Assembly: GCA_016866475.1 (NCBI GenBank)
Contig: VGMF01000005.1
Coordinates: forward strand, 37,340 to 101,339
Source: Chlamydiota bacterium
GTDB lineage: Bacteria; Chlamydiota; Chlamydiia; Chlamydiales; RGXB01
DNA: 64,000 nt
Direction of reading: 5' to 3'
Below the pieces are notes generated by a model. It searched no databases and was not told the DNA's origin. It saw nothing but the letters and a program-made list of their open reading frames with translations. A program made the position numbers and the translations under genes. The first letter of the stretch is position 1. Each line of letters begins with the position of its first letter. This document shows positions 9,164-18,980 of the stretch, piece after piece.

Positions 9164-9910
9164 TTGTCAATGATTGATACGCACTGCCATTTGGGAGAGG
9201 ATTACAAGGAAGTTCTCAAAAGGGCTTTCGAGATTGGTGTAGACCACGTAATCAATATCTGTATCGACGTGTTGGATATAGAGAGGGGGCTCAAAATTCA
9301 CCGGGAATATCCTACGGTACCGGCAGTTGCAGGGATTCATCCCTGCCATGCGCACGAGGTGGAAAATGGGCATTTCGACCTAATTTGTGGGCTTGCATCA
9401 ACCAAGAAGATTGTTGCGATTGGAGAAACCGGTCTCGATTTGCACCATTCACAAAAGCATCTGGCGATTCAAAAAGAGTACTTTAAAAAACATATTGAAT
9501 TGGCCAACGACTTGGATTTGCCCCTTTCAATTCATTGTAGGAATGCCTATCAGGAATTGATCGATTTCATCGAAAAAAATCGGGTAAAAAAAGGGATTCT
9601 TCACTGTTTTGCGGGTTCTTTTGAGGTAGCTCGTTGGGCTCTTGAAAAAGGTTTTTATCTCTCTTTCAGCGGAGTAGTCACTTTCAAGAACGCTACACAG
9701 ATGCAAGAGATTGCTGCAAGTATCCCTTTGGAACGGATGCTGGTGGAGACGGATGCCCCCTGGCTTCCCCCCGAACCGTTCCGTGGTAAAACAAATGAGC
9801 CTGCCTACATCCCTTACATAATTGAGAAAATTTCCCGGCTCCAAAAAAAACCAAGAGCGGAAGTTGAGGAAAAAATACTCAAAACCTCAAAAGAGCTTTT
9901 TGGATTATAA
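9164..9910 (+). CDS. tatD: TatD-family metal-dependent hydrolase/DNase
   Basis: MIDTHCHL start motif, GETGLDLHH, SIHCRNAY and ETDAPWL are TatD signature segments. Confidence 0.85.
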   Translation: MSMIDTHCHLGEDYKEVLKRAFEIGVDHVINICIDVLDIERGLKIHREYPTVPAVAGIHPCHAHEVENGHFDLICGLASTKKIVAIGETGLDLHHSQKHLAIQKEYFKKHIELANDLDLPLSIHCRNAYQELIDFIEKNRVKKGILHCFAGSFEVARWALEKGFYLSFSGVVTFKNATQMQEIAASIPLERMLVETDAPWLPPEPFRGKTNEPAYIPYIIEKISRLQKKPRAEVEEKILKTSKELFGL

Positions 9911-10050
9911 TTTTTCTTCAAAAAAACGTTTAAACCACGTTTAATAAAAGATACCTTAAAAATTCACTACCCGTTGGACAAGGACAAAGCTAGGAAACAT
10001 TTCTTGGCAAGGTTTCAAAGAAATTATTGTAAAGTAAGTAGAAAACAGAC

Positions 10051-11052
10051 ATGGATCCCCGTAAAAACAACCTCCCAAAAGAATTTATTCTATCACGTTT
10101 GCACTCTTTGACCGGTTTGCTGATTGTGATTTTCCTTTTTGAGCATCTCTTAACAAATTCACAAGCGGCTCTCCTTATCGGAGATGACGGGGCCGGTTTT
10201 GTCCGTATGGTCAACTTTATACATGACCTGCCCTATCTGCAGGTTGTGGAGCTGACGTTTATTGGTGTGCCGATCGTGTACCACGCTATTATCGGGATCC
10301 AAAAAGCCTTGTACGGCAGATCCAATTCTTTTGGCTCTAAAGAGGGGTCAAGACCCTATATGCCTTATACAAGGAGCAGGGCTTATACCTTTCAGAGGTG
10401 GACTGCCTGGATTTTGTTGTTCGGAATCATAGCTCATGTGGCCCTTTTTCGTTTCTACCTGTATCCTGCTGAGGTTAAGGAGGGGAGTGGTAGGCTTTTT
10501 TTCACCCGCATCTCTTTCGATAGCGGACTTTACTCGCTCCAAGACAGGTTAGGATTTTCACTTTATGACACTGCAGCTATTACGGAATATAAAGATGCTC
10601 TCAATAAAGAGTTGGGGCAGCAGGCTCTTGTTGACCAGAGGAAAAAAGAAATCGAGGGGGGTGGCTTACAGTATAATTTGGAAGCTTCCGAGCTGGGAAA
10701 ACAAAAGGCCAAATCAATCGAGATGGGGGAATTTTACCAGGGATTGACAAAGAGGGAGCTTGAACCCAATCAGGTAATTTTAGTGACCAACTCTTTTGGA
10801 ACTTCACAATTGATGAATGTCAGAGATGTCTTTAAAAGCCCCATGAAGGCAATTTTATATACGATTTTTGTTGCTGCCGCAGTCTTTCACGGGTTTAATG
10901 GTCTATGGGCGTTTACAATTACTTGGGGGCTTGTCGTAAAACAGGTTTCCCAAAGACGGATGTTAAAAATTTGCATTGGGCTGATGTTTTTATTGGGCTT
11001 TTTGGGCTTGAGCGCAGTTTGGGGAACTTATTGGATCAATTTGAGGAGCTGA
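10051..11052 (+). CDS. sdhC: succinate dehydrogenase cytochrome b membrane subunit
   Basis: Multi-TM hydrophobic protein immediately upstream of sdhA/sdhB with a 3-nt gap. His-containing helices. Confidence 0.65.
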   Translation: MDPRKNNLPKEFILSRLHSLTGLLIVIFLFEHLLTNSQAALLIGDDGAGFVRMVNFIHDLPYLQVVELTFIGVPIVYHAIIGIQKALYGRSNSFGSKEGSRPYMPYTRSRAYTFQRWTAWILLFGIIAHVALFRFYLYPAEVKEGSGRLFFTRISFDSGLYSLQDRLGFSLYDTAAITEYKDALNKELGQQALVDQRKKEIEGGGLQYNLEASELGKQKAKSIEMGEFYQGLTKRELEPNQVILVTNSFGTSQLMNVRDVFKSPMKAILYTIFVAAAVFHGFNGLWAFTITWGLVVKQVSQRRMLKICIGLMFLLGFLGLSAVWGTYWINLRS

Positions 11053-11055
11053 CCT

Positions 11056-12945
11056 ATGGCAATACAACAGGAAGTGATTGTAGTGGGTGGGGGGCTTGCA
11101 GGCCTTTCGGCTGCGATGCGATTGGCGGAACACGGGATTTTGGTCCACCTGGTCTCTTTAACTAAAGTTAAAAGGAGTCATTCCGTTTGTGCTCAGGGGG
11201 GGATCAACGCAGCGGTCAACTTAAAAAATGAGGGAGATTCACCCTACATCCATGCCTATGAAACGGTAAAAGGGGGGGATTTTCTTGCCAACCAACCTCA
11301 AGTCGTGGAGATGTGTTTGGCTGCTCCCCAAATCATCAAAATGCTTGATCGTTTTGGCTGCACATTCAATCGTAATCTTGAGGGGGGGCTGGATGTAAGG
11401 CGGTTCGGGGGGACCACATTTAACCGAACTGTGTATTGCGGATCTTCTACGGGACAACAGCTATTATACGCACTCGACGAGCAGGTGCGCCGTTATGAGG
11501 TGAAGGGGCTTATCAAAAAATATGAGCACCATGAATTTATGCGCCTCGTAATAGATGAGGAAGGGATTTCACGCGGGATTATTTTGATGGACCATTATAA
11601 TCTCAAGATGGAAGTTCTAAAAGCTAACGCGGTGATTATCGGCACCGGCGGACTTGGCTTCATGTTCAAAAAAAGCACGAACTCCACCATTTGCACCGGA
11701 GCTGCTAACGGTCGCTTGTTCATGCAGGGAATGGAGTATGCTAACGGTGAGTTTATACAAATCCATCCTACATCGATTCCTGGCCATGATAAGTTGCGTC
11801 TTATGACTGAAACACTGCGCGGATTTGCCCGTGTTTGGGTCTTTGGCGATGAGACAAAACAGATCAAAGATGAAAACGGGAACTGGATACCGTGTGGGAA
11901 GACGGGGGAGCGCTGGTATTTTTTAGAGGATATGTACAAGCTTTTGGGAAATCTTGTGCCGCGCGACATTGCCGCCAGGGCGATTCATCAGGTGTGTGAA
12001 TTGGGGCTTGGGGTTGAGGGGCATAAACAGGTCTATCTCGACTGCACCGGTTTTGATGAGTCTTTAGTGAAAAAATTCCAGTCTGTTTTTGAAATTTACC
12101 AAAAATTTACCGGTGAAGATCCTAAGGTCAAGCCGATGAAAATTTACCCCGGAGTGCACTACACGATGGGTGGGGCTTTTGTCGATTACCCTGCTGAAGA
12201 GGATGGGGACCGGCATTTAAGGTTTAAGTACATGACAAATCTAACCGGATGCTTCAATGTGGGAGAATCCCAATATGGAATCCACGGAGCAAACCGCCTT
12301 GGGGGAAATTCTTTAATTTCGTGTATTTTTGACGGGCTTGTTGTGGGGGATGAGATGCAGCCCTATTTCCACCAGTTGAAAAAAGATTACAAGGAAATAC
12401 CTGAGGAAGTTTTTGAAAGGGCGTTGGCAAAAGAGCAGGCATTCAAGCATGAGCTCATGTCAAAAAAAGGTGTGGAAAACATCCATCAGCTCCATGAAGA
12501 GCTTTCTGAGATCTTGGTGCGCGATTGTACTGTGGTGCGTCATAATGAGTCTTTAGAAAAAGCGGTGCAGGAGATCAAAAAAATACGGCAAAGGTATAAA
12601 AATATCCGTCTTGATGACACATCAAATGAGCTGAATCAAACATTTATTTTCGCAAATCAATTTAGAGGGATGCTTGAAATTGCACTCGTGATAGCAAAAG
12701 GGGCCCTTTTACGTGATGAATCGCGCGGAGGGCACTTTAAGCCAGAGTTTCCCGATCGGGATGATGTGAATTTCTTAAAACATACGATAGCGACCTATGA
12801 TCCCGACGAGGGGGAGCCAGTGATGAGTTTCCGTGAAGTTGACACCAGATACTTTACTGTGGCAAAACGGGATTATAAGAAAAAAGTGACTTTGGAGAGT
12901 CTTGACCTCTCTAAAATTCCCTCAAATTTACCGGCTTACGTGTGA
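11056..12945 (+). CDS. sdhA: succinate dehydrogenase/fumarate reductase flavoprotein subunit
   Basis: FAD-binding VIVVGGGLAGLSAA. Covalent-FAD His context SHSVCAQGGINAA. HPTSIPGHDKLRLMTE, GANRLGGNSL. Confidence 0.9.
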   Translation: MAIQQEVIVVGGGLAGLSAAMRLAEHGILVHLVSLTKVKRSHSVCAQGGINAAVNLKNEGDSPYIHAYETVKGGDFLANQPQVVEMCLAAPQIIKMLDRFGCTFNRNLEGGLDVRRFGGTTFNRTVYCGSSTGQQLLYALDEQVRRYEVKGLIKKYEHHEFMRLVIDEEGISRGIILMDHYNLKMEVLKANAVIIGTGGLGFMFKKSTNSTICTGAANGRLFMQGMEYANGEFIQIHPTSIPGHDKLRLMTETLRGFARVWVFGDETKQIKDENGNWIPCGKTGERWYFLEDMYKLLGNLVPRDIAARAIHQVCELGLGVEGHKQVYLDCTGFDESLVKKFQSVFEIYQKFTGEDPKVKPMKIYPGVHYTMGGAFVDYPAEEDGDRHLRFKYMTNLTGCFNVGESQYGIHGANRLGGNSLISCIFDGLVVGDEMQPYFHQLKKDYKEIPEEVFERALAKEQAFKHELMSKKGVENIHQLHEELSEILVRDCTVVRHNESLEKAVQEIKKIRQRYKNIRLDDTSNELNQTFIFANQFRGMLEIALVIAKGALLRDESRGGHFKPEFPDRDDVNFLKHTIATYDPDEGEPVMSFREVDTRYFTVAKRDYKKKVTLESLDLSKIPSNLPAYV

Positions 12946-12954
12946 GGAGCTCAG

Positions 12955-13722
12955 ATGAAATCGTTCACCCTACAAATTCTTCGAGGAACTGAAGGAAACC
13001 AGTATGTTGAGGAGTTTGAGCTGGAGCTTACCCCTTTAATGAATGTGATCACCGCTTTGATGGAGATTCAAAAGCGGCCGATCAACAAAAAAGGGGAGCT
13101 GACGACCCCGGTAGTTTGGGAGCAAGCTTGCCTCGAGGAGGTCTGCGGCTCCTGTTCGATGCTTATCAACGGTATCCCGAGACAATCCTGTACAGCGATG
13201 ATACAGCCTATTTTAGACGAGACCGGGACTGATAAGATACATCTGGCCCCTTTTGATTGTTACCCTCTTATACGTGATCTTGTGATTGACCGATCCAGAA
13301 TTTTTGACGATTTGAAAAGGATCAAGGGCTGGAGCGAGGTAGACGGGAGTCGAAGTACCGAATTTGGTCCGAAAATTCTTCCTAAGACGCAAGAGGTGAT
13401 GTACGAGCTATCGACTTGTATGAGCTGTGGCTGTTGCCTTGTTGCTTGTCCGAACTACACAAAAACAACACAATTTGTCGGTGCTGCGGTGGTGGGACAG
13501 GCAAGATTGTACAACTTGCACCCAAATGGAAAATCCAACAAGGAAGAGAGGTTGAACACCATGATGGGAAAAGGGGGTTTGCATGAGTGTAGTAAAGCGC
13601 AAAATTGTGTTCAGGTCTGCCCGAAAAAAATTGATCTTGTGGAAGCTATTGCAGAATTAGGAGATCAGGTAACTGCTCATGCATTCAAAGAATTTTTTGG
13701 CTCTAATAGCCCTGAAGAGTAG
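12955..13722 (+). CDS. sdhB: succinate dehydrogenase iron-sulfur subunit
   Basis: 2Fe-2S Cys cluster (CLEEVCGSCSMLINGIPRQSC). 4Fe-4S/3Fe-4S motifs CMSCGCCLVACP and CSKAQNCVQVCP. Confidence 0.9.
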   Translation: MKSFTLQILRGTEGNQYVEEFELELTPLMNVITALMEIQKRPINKKGELTTPVVWEQACLEEVCGSCSMLINGIPRQSCTAMIQPILDETGTDKIHLAPFDCYPLIRDLVIDRSRIFDDLKRIKGWSEVDGSRSTEFGPKILPKTQEVMYELSTCMSCGCCLVACPNYTKTTQFVGAAVVGQARLYNLHPNGKSNKEERLNTMMGKGGLHECSKAQNCVQVCPKKIDLVEAIAELGDQVTAHAFKEFFGSNSPEE

Positions 13723-13751
13723 ATCTATATTTAGCCGGGTCTTAGATAAGG

Positions 13752-14438
13752 TCAGTCAAGATATACTGTTTGTTTTGGACTTTTGAGGTCTTGTAAAATT
13801 TCCAGCATTGAAATCTCTTTTAAAGAAAATTCCTTTGTTAGTTCCTGAAGATAGGGCTCTACAAAATCTTGGGGTTTGGTGAAGTGGGTATTCAAAGAAG
13901 TGACAAAGGTGGCGTGGGGGCGGTTTTGTCTATAAGCCGGTGCCTTTTCGGGAGTTTTTAGGAGCGAAAGCTTCTCATTTGAGAAATCAAACAGAAAGCT
14001 GGTATGGTGCAAAATACGATCTTTTTTTACATATTGTGCCGTGCCGCCAACTTTACTGTTTTTAAGAACGTAGTCGGTTTCTATACGGTCAATGGGTAGG
14101 TTGGGGTGCGCTTTTTTGAATCCGTTGACTGTCCAATTGAAAAGTGTATCTACACATTTTGCCTCTTCTAGTTCTTTAGATAAGATCCAGCTTATAAAAA
14201 TGGTCGACGAGTCGACATAAACGGTTCCACCCCCTGAAAACCGACGGATAAGGGGGACGTTCGGATTCTCAACGACCAGGGCATCACGATCATTTGATTT
14301 CCCTAGCACAATCGCATCGGGCGTTCCGTAGTTGACTAACAAAATATTTTCGCATGGCTCCTCTAATAGATACTCCTCAAGAGCAAGCATATTGAAAATA
14401 GGCATGTTTTTTAATTTCACAACACGGAGCGTTTTCAT
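13752..14438 (-). CDS. lipoate-protein ligase A / octanoyltransferase family protein (short LplA-like)
   Basis: BPL/LplA/LipB catalytic-domain motif RRFSGGGTVYVD. Size about 228 aa, like the short chlamydial LplA paralogs. Confidence 0.65.
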   Translation of the reverse strand: MKTLRVVKLKNMPIFNMLALEEYLLEEPCENILLVNYGTPDAIVLGKSNDRDALVVENPNVPLIRRFSGGGTVYVDSSTIFISWILSKELEEAKCVDTLFNWTVNGFKKAHPNLPIDRIETDYVLKNSKVGGTAQYVKKDRILHHTSFLFDFSNEKLSLLKTPEKAPAYRQNRPHATFVTSLNTHFTKPQDFVEPYLQELTKEFSLKEISMLEILQDLKSPKQTVYLD

Positions 14439-14472
14439 AGAGGCTCTTTTTCTTTTATTTGTAATTATTATT

Positions 14473-14651
14473 TATAGTCTTTTCAATTAGGGTGGAACTT
14501 TTTTTTTGTTAAGATAAATGCATCTTTTTTGCCAGCCTAAATCGGCCCTATTAAAAAACAATCGCCTGCTCCGGCGTCGCTTTGGGTCGAGAAAAAATCT
14601 AAAAGCAATCTTTTGGAAAAAAAGTTAAATCCTAATTAAAAAGACTCTATA
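14473..14651. repeat. MITE-like palindromic element, copy 1 (imperfect 26-28-bp terminal inverted repeats tatagtcttttcaattagggtggaac / gttaaatcctaattaaaaagactctata)
   Basis: Arms are near-identical to the perfect 25-bp inverted repeats at 50044-50185. A 125-bp spacer contains gccagcctaa, which is the reverse complement of ttaggctggc, the 3-prime part of cctaagcaggctggc in the copy-2 spacer. Lies in the lplA-mnmG intergenic region. Confidence 0.7.
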
Positions 14652-14730
14652 TGGAAAAGAGAATTTTTGCAATCAAGCCTAATACATAAGACTATACAAA
14701 ACTTAAGTGGAGACTGTCGAGTCAGGTTGT

Positions 14731-16599
14731 CTACGATACAAACGTCTCTTCAAGAGTTGCAGTTGGCGCTTGGTGGGGATGTTTTCTAAAGCCTCTAATA
14801 GCCACAAATAAAATGTTCAGATCGGCTATAGTGATCCCCGGAAGCCTACCAATTTGGCCCAAATGCAACGGTTGAACTCTTTTTAATGTCTCTCTGGCCT
14901 CATTTCTTAACCCTTTTACGAGTTCAAAATCCATCCCTTCGGGAACGCTGATGGCATCGAGATCTTTGAGTTTTTGGTTTTCCTCCTCTTGACGCTTGAT
15001 GTAACCGGCGTATTTAAGCTCAAGTTCTACCTGAAAACGGGTCTCTTCTTCAAGATCCGGGACTAAGTGGGGATAGTCTTGTTGTACTGACAAGTAGCTT
15101 TTGTCGGGCCGTGCAATCATCTGTTGCAAGGTATAGCTCCGGTCTTCAACCTGGACATGTCTTTTGAGTAGTTGGATAGCATCTTTGATCTTCTGTTTTT
15201 TAAAATCTAGCGCCTCCATATCCTCTTTTGTGACAAGCCCGCCTAGTTGGTAGCCATAGTGGGAAAGTCTAAGATCCGCGTTGTCTTGCCTTAAAAGAAG
15301 GCGAGCACCGGCCCGGCTGGTAAACATCCGGTAGGGTTCGGTCAATTCCATCGATACGATGTCTTCAATCATGACCCCTATGTACGACTCCTGTGGGCTT
15401 AAAATGAAGGGGGGGCGCCCTTGTACTTTTAAAGCCGCATTCACCCCGGCAATAAAACCCTGGCCTGCCGCCTCTTCATAACCTGTCGTGCCATTGATTT
15501 GGCCGGCTAAAAATAATCCTTGGATAGTCTTGGTCTCAAGAGACAGTTGTAGCTGGCCGCTTTTCACATAATCGTACTCGATCGCATACGCCGGGCGTAC
15601 AATCTCAGCGTTCTGTAGACCTGCTATCGATCGGATTAGAGGGACTTGCACATCAAATGGCAAAGAGGTTGAGATCCCGTTCAAGTAAAGCTCTTGGGTA
15701 TAAAGCCCTTCCGGCTCAATAAATATTTGATGACGCTCTTTATCGCTGAATCGGACAATTTTATCCTCGATCGAGGGGCAGTAGCGAGGGCCCACCATTT
15801 TTTTGGAGTAGCCAGCCGATTTGTAGAGGTTTTGTTCTACAATTTTTTGGCTTTCTTGCGATGTATAGGTGATGTAACAGGGGACTTGAGACAGCCTTGA
15901 AAACCCTTTTTTGAAAGAGAATCGGACATCCTCCTCGCCATCCTGCCGTTCGCATTTCGAAAAATCAACGGACCTTTTATGTATTCTGCAAGGGGTACCG
16001 GTTTTGAGTCGACCCAACCGCAATCCGTGCTGGGAAAGGCTGTTTGAGAGCCCAATAGAGGGGGGATCTCCGGCTCTTCCACCCGAAAATTGGGTTGACC
16101 CTATATGTATTTTCCCCTGCATGAACGTTCCCGAGGAGAGAATTACTGTAGAAGAGCGAAAAGCGATGCCCTCTTTAGTTGAGATTCCTACGACCGCTCC
16201 GTTTTCAATAAGCAGATCCTCGATTGTCCCTTGCATCAAAAAAAGATTAGGGATTGTTTCCAGGGTCTCTTTCATTTTTTGAGCGTACAGGTGTTTGTCC
16301 GCCTGGGCACGAGGAGACCAAACGGCAGGACCTTTAGAACGGTTTAACATTCTAAATTGGATGGCAGTTTGATCTATAATTTGACCCATGATACCGCCCA
16401 TTGCATCGATTTCGCGCACAATTTGCCCTTTACCGGTTCCCCCGACCGCAGGATTGCAGCTCATCTTGGCAATAGTATCCAAGTTCATGGTAACTAAAAG
16501 TGTCCTCGCCCCCATCTTTGCAGCTGCATGTGCAGCTTCACAGCCGGCATGGCCGGCTCCGACGACGAGAACATCGTAAAATGTCTCGTAGGTCCACAT
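14731..16599 (-). CDS. mnmG: tRNA uridine-5-carboxymethylaminomethyl modification enzyme MnmG (GidA)
   Basis: FAD motif DVLVVGAGHAGCEAA. Full-length 622 aa with conserved MnmG core (GPRYCPSIEDK, NGTTGYEEAAGQG). Confidence 0.95.
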   Translation of the reverse strand: MWTYETFYDVLVVGAGHAGCEAAHAAAKMGARTLLVTMNLDTIAKMSCNPAVGGTGKGQIVREIDAMGGIMGQIIDQTAIQFRMLNRSKGPAVWSPRAQADKHLYAQKMKETLETIPNLFLMQGTIEDLLIENGAVVGISTKEGIAFRSSTVILSSGTFMQGKIHIGSTQFSGGRAGDPPSIGLSNSLSQHGLRLGRLKTGTPCRIHKRSVDFSKCERQDGEEDVRFSFKKGFSRLSQVPCYITYTSQESQKIVEQNLYKSAGYSKKMVGPRYCPSIEDKIVRFSDKERHQIFIEPEGLYTQELYLNGISTSLPFDVQVPLIRSIAGLQNAEIVRPAYAIEYDYVKSGQLQLSLETKTIQGLFLAGQINGTTGYEEAAGQGFIAGVNAALKVQGRPPFILSPQESYIGVMIEDIVSMELTEPYRMFTSRAGARLLLRQDNADLRLSHYGYQLGGLVTKEDMEALDFKKQKIKDAIQLLKRHVQVEDRSYTLQQMIARPDKSYLSVQQDYPHLVPDLEEETRFQVELELKYAGYIKRQEEENQKLKDLDAISVPEGMDFELVKGLRNEARETLKRVQPLHLGQIGRLPGITIADLNILFVAIRGFRKHPHQAPTATLEETFVS

Positions 16600-16607
16600 G
16601 GGAAGAA

Positions 16608-16697
16608 CTAAGGGTTCTTGTGTCTGTTGAGTTTGCGAAGTTTTTTCAACTTGTGGCGATTCATCTTCGCTTTGCGCTTCTTTTTAACAGAGGCCAT
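16608..16697 (-). CDS. 29-aa highly basic micro-protein (MASVKKKRKAKMNRHKLKKLRKLNRHKNP), candidate bS22/AURKAIP1-like small ribosomal protein
   Basis: ATG preceded by GGAG at -9. Stop lies 8 nt upstream of the mnmG start codon. Composition is K/R-rich, like the small basic ribosomal protein bS22 family; this resemblance is from memory only. Confidence 0.35.
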   Translation of the reverse strand: MASVKKKRKAKMNRHKLKKLRKLNRHKNP

Positions 16698-17218
16698 TTT
16701 GACTCCAATTTGATTCAAGAAGCATACTTTGTTTCATTTTAAAGGTAAAGGGGTAGCGCCGGTTTTTTTAGAGATATATAAAAAAGTTTTTAAAACCTGG
16801 GGGTGTAAAAATTCAAATAGTAACCATCTAATTTCTTTAAGAAATTTTTAAAAACATATTTGGAGTAAACCGGGACTCAAGAAAAAAAGAGACCCTCTTT
16901 TTTGGAGTTTAAGGCAAAAATACTAGAAAAAACCGCTTTTATCCATAAGGGACCCTGGTTTTTAAAAGACGAACGCTAAAAAGCATACTTTAGGCACAAT
17001 CATGATGTATGGAATGCTTGTTTTATGGGATAAGGCCGCTATCATTTGCAGCATCGGGACACAAGCTATTGAAAAACTATGGATTCAAGATTGCTTGAAG
17101 ACAAGTTTCCAGCACGTTTGTTTTGCCTTGAAGGGATCTAACACAAAAAAACTGCAAATTAGATCTACTAGACCTCTACCCAATTCTTAAAAATGAAGTG
17201 CAATTGTATATTTTGCCC

Positions 17219-18709
17219 TTATTTTGGTGTGAAAGCCTGAAAGGCATTTGTATTGAGCTGCTGGCTTAAAGAGGGCTCCTGGGGAAGAGCTACAAAGTTT
17301 TGGAACAGCGCTAAAGATTTTTTGTAGACCAACTGGATGTCGCCTACTTTGCCGTGACGGTTTTTTGCAACGATCAATTCGGCCGTTCCCGGCTTATCTT
17401 GAGGGTTGTAGTACTCTCTTCTGAAAAGAAACATCACGATGTCCGCATCCTGCTCAATCGAGCCCGACTCTCTAAGATCCGATAGCATCGGCCGGTGTCC
17501 CTGACGCTCTTCTACCTTACGTGAAAGCTGAGATAGGCAAATGACCGGGATATTGAGCTCTCTGGCCAAATTTTTAAGCATACGGGAGATCTCTGAGATC
17601 TCGTTCTGTCTGTTATCGGAATTGTAGTTTGCTTTAGGCCCACTTAGAAGTTGTAGGTAATCGATCACCAAAAGTTTGATGTTGAACATTTCTTTCATCC
17701 GGCGAGCTCTGGATCGCAGGTCAGAAATTTTTAGTCCTGGTTGGTCATCAATGATCATCGTATGTTTTTGCATCTCATTGACAGCAGCAACAACTTTTTG
17801 GTAATCGCCCCCTGCAAGTGAGCCCGTTTTGATTTTTTCCGATTCCACCTCGCTTTCTGAGCAGATCAAGCGGTGAAGCAATTCTTCGGCGTTCATTTCA
17901 AGAGAAAAAATACCCACAGCCTCTTTTGAGCGGAACGCGACATTTTGTGCGATGTTGAGAGCTAGAGCCGTTTTTCCCATCGAAGGACGTGCCGCCAAAA
18001 TCAATAGTTGCGAGGGGCAAAGGCCATTGATCATTTTGTCCACATCAAAAAAATGGGTAGGCAACCCGGTGAAATGGGCTGCATTTGGACCTTTCGTTAA
18101 ATATTCCTCTTGCCTATCCTGCAACTCTTTTAAAAAAGGGAGTTTTGTTGTAGCGCGCACACCGGAGAGAATATCCCTGATCATGAAGCTATCTTTCGCC
18201 GATTTTTCTTGAGAAATTGTATAGAGCTTCGCTTGGCATTCATCAAGAAAAGAGAGGACATCCTGAGGCTCTAGCTGCGCTTTTTTCTCCATTTCCGAAG
18301 CGGTACTGATCATGCGGCGTAAAAGAGCCTTGTCTTTAACAACATTTACATACTCTTCAATGTAGGCTGATGTACCTGCGTAGTGGGCAATTTCTGTTAA
18401 AGCTACAATTCCCCCGACCTCTTTGAGTTGGTCTTTGCGTTTTAGCTCTTCATTTACGAGGTGCACGTCGGCAGGGCGATCGTTGCGGTAGGCTTCTTGT
18501 AAAACATGGAAGACAAGTTGGTGTTCTTTAAAATAAAAGTCTTCAGGGACTAGAGAGTCTGCGGCGACATTCAAAGCGTTGACAGAAGAAAACATCATCC
18601 CTAAAACAAGCTTTTCGGCCTCTTTGGATTGGGGAGGGACCCTCGGTTTGGTCTTAGAGGGCTCTTTTTGTTTTTTATCGGTATTTTTCTCTTTGATTGT
18701 CAATTCCAT
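17219..18709 (-). CDS. dnaB: replicative DNA helicase DnaB
   Basis: Walker A ARPSMGKTALALN. Walker B LLVIDYLQLL. DnaB N-terminal domain (AEKLVLGMMFS). Start placed at Met31 of the track ORF (MELTIKEK) to remove a non-homologous N-terminal extension. Confidence 0.9.
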   Translation of the reverse strand: MELTIKEKNTDKKQKEPSKTKPRVPPQSKEAEKLVLGMMFSSVNALNVAADSLVPEDFYFKEHQLVFHVLQEAYRNDRPADVHLVNEELKRKDQLKEVGGIVALTEIAHYAGTSAYIEEYVNVVKDKALLRRMISTASEMEKKAQLEPQDVLSFLDECQAKLYTISQEKSAKDSFMIRDILSGVRATTKLPFLKELQDRQEEYLTKGPNAAHFTGLPTHFFDVDKMINGLCPSQLLILAARPSMGKTALALNIAQNVAFRSKEAVGIFSLEMNAEELLHRLICSESEVESEKIKTGSLAGGDYQKVVAAVNEMQKHTMIIDDQPGLKISDLRSRARRMKEMFNIKLLVIDYLQLLSGPKANYNSDNRQNEISEISRMLKNLARELNIPVICLSQLSRKVEERQGHRPMLSDLRESGSIEQDADIVMFLFRREYYNPQDKPGTAELIVAKNRHGKVGDIQLVYKKSLALFQNFVALPQEPSLSQQLNTNAFQAFTPK

Positions 18710-18980
18710 GATTGCTGCATCATAGGCGAAAAGGGAAAATATTGGACACGAAAAAAACGATAAAACAGACCTAGAACACTTGAGAGCCGTAGAGATCACC
18801 CAAAAAGGGGTTCTACTCCCTTTTTAAACCTTTGCTTGAGACATGTTGTTTCAAAGGGATAGTGGATCCGATCCATTTTATTCAGGGTGAACAGTTAATC
18901 ACCTTTGGGATTATGAAAAAGAGCTTGAATTTTTTTTTAAGATAAGAAAGGATTTATTTAAAGATAAAAAGGTTCTAAAT

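Noticed and set aside
16700-17218. Possible RNase P RNA, SRP RNA or 6S RNA in the 520-bp gap between the micro-ORF and dnaB
   Set aside because: None of the universally conserved motifs (GGAAAGUCCGG for RNase P, the SRP domain IV GGAA tetraloop context) were found by eye. Left unannotated.
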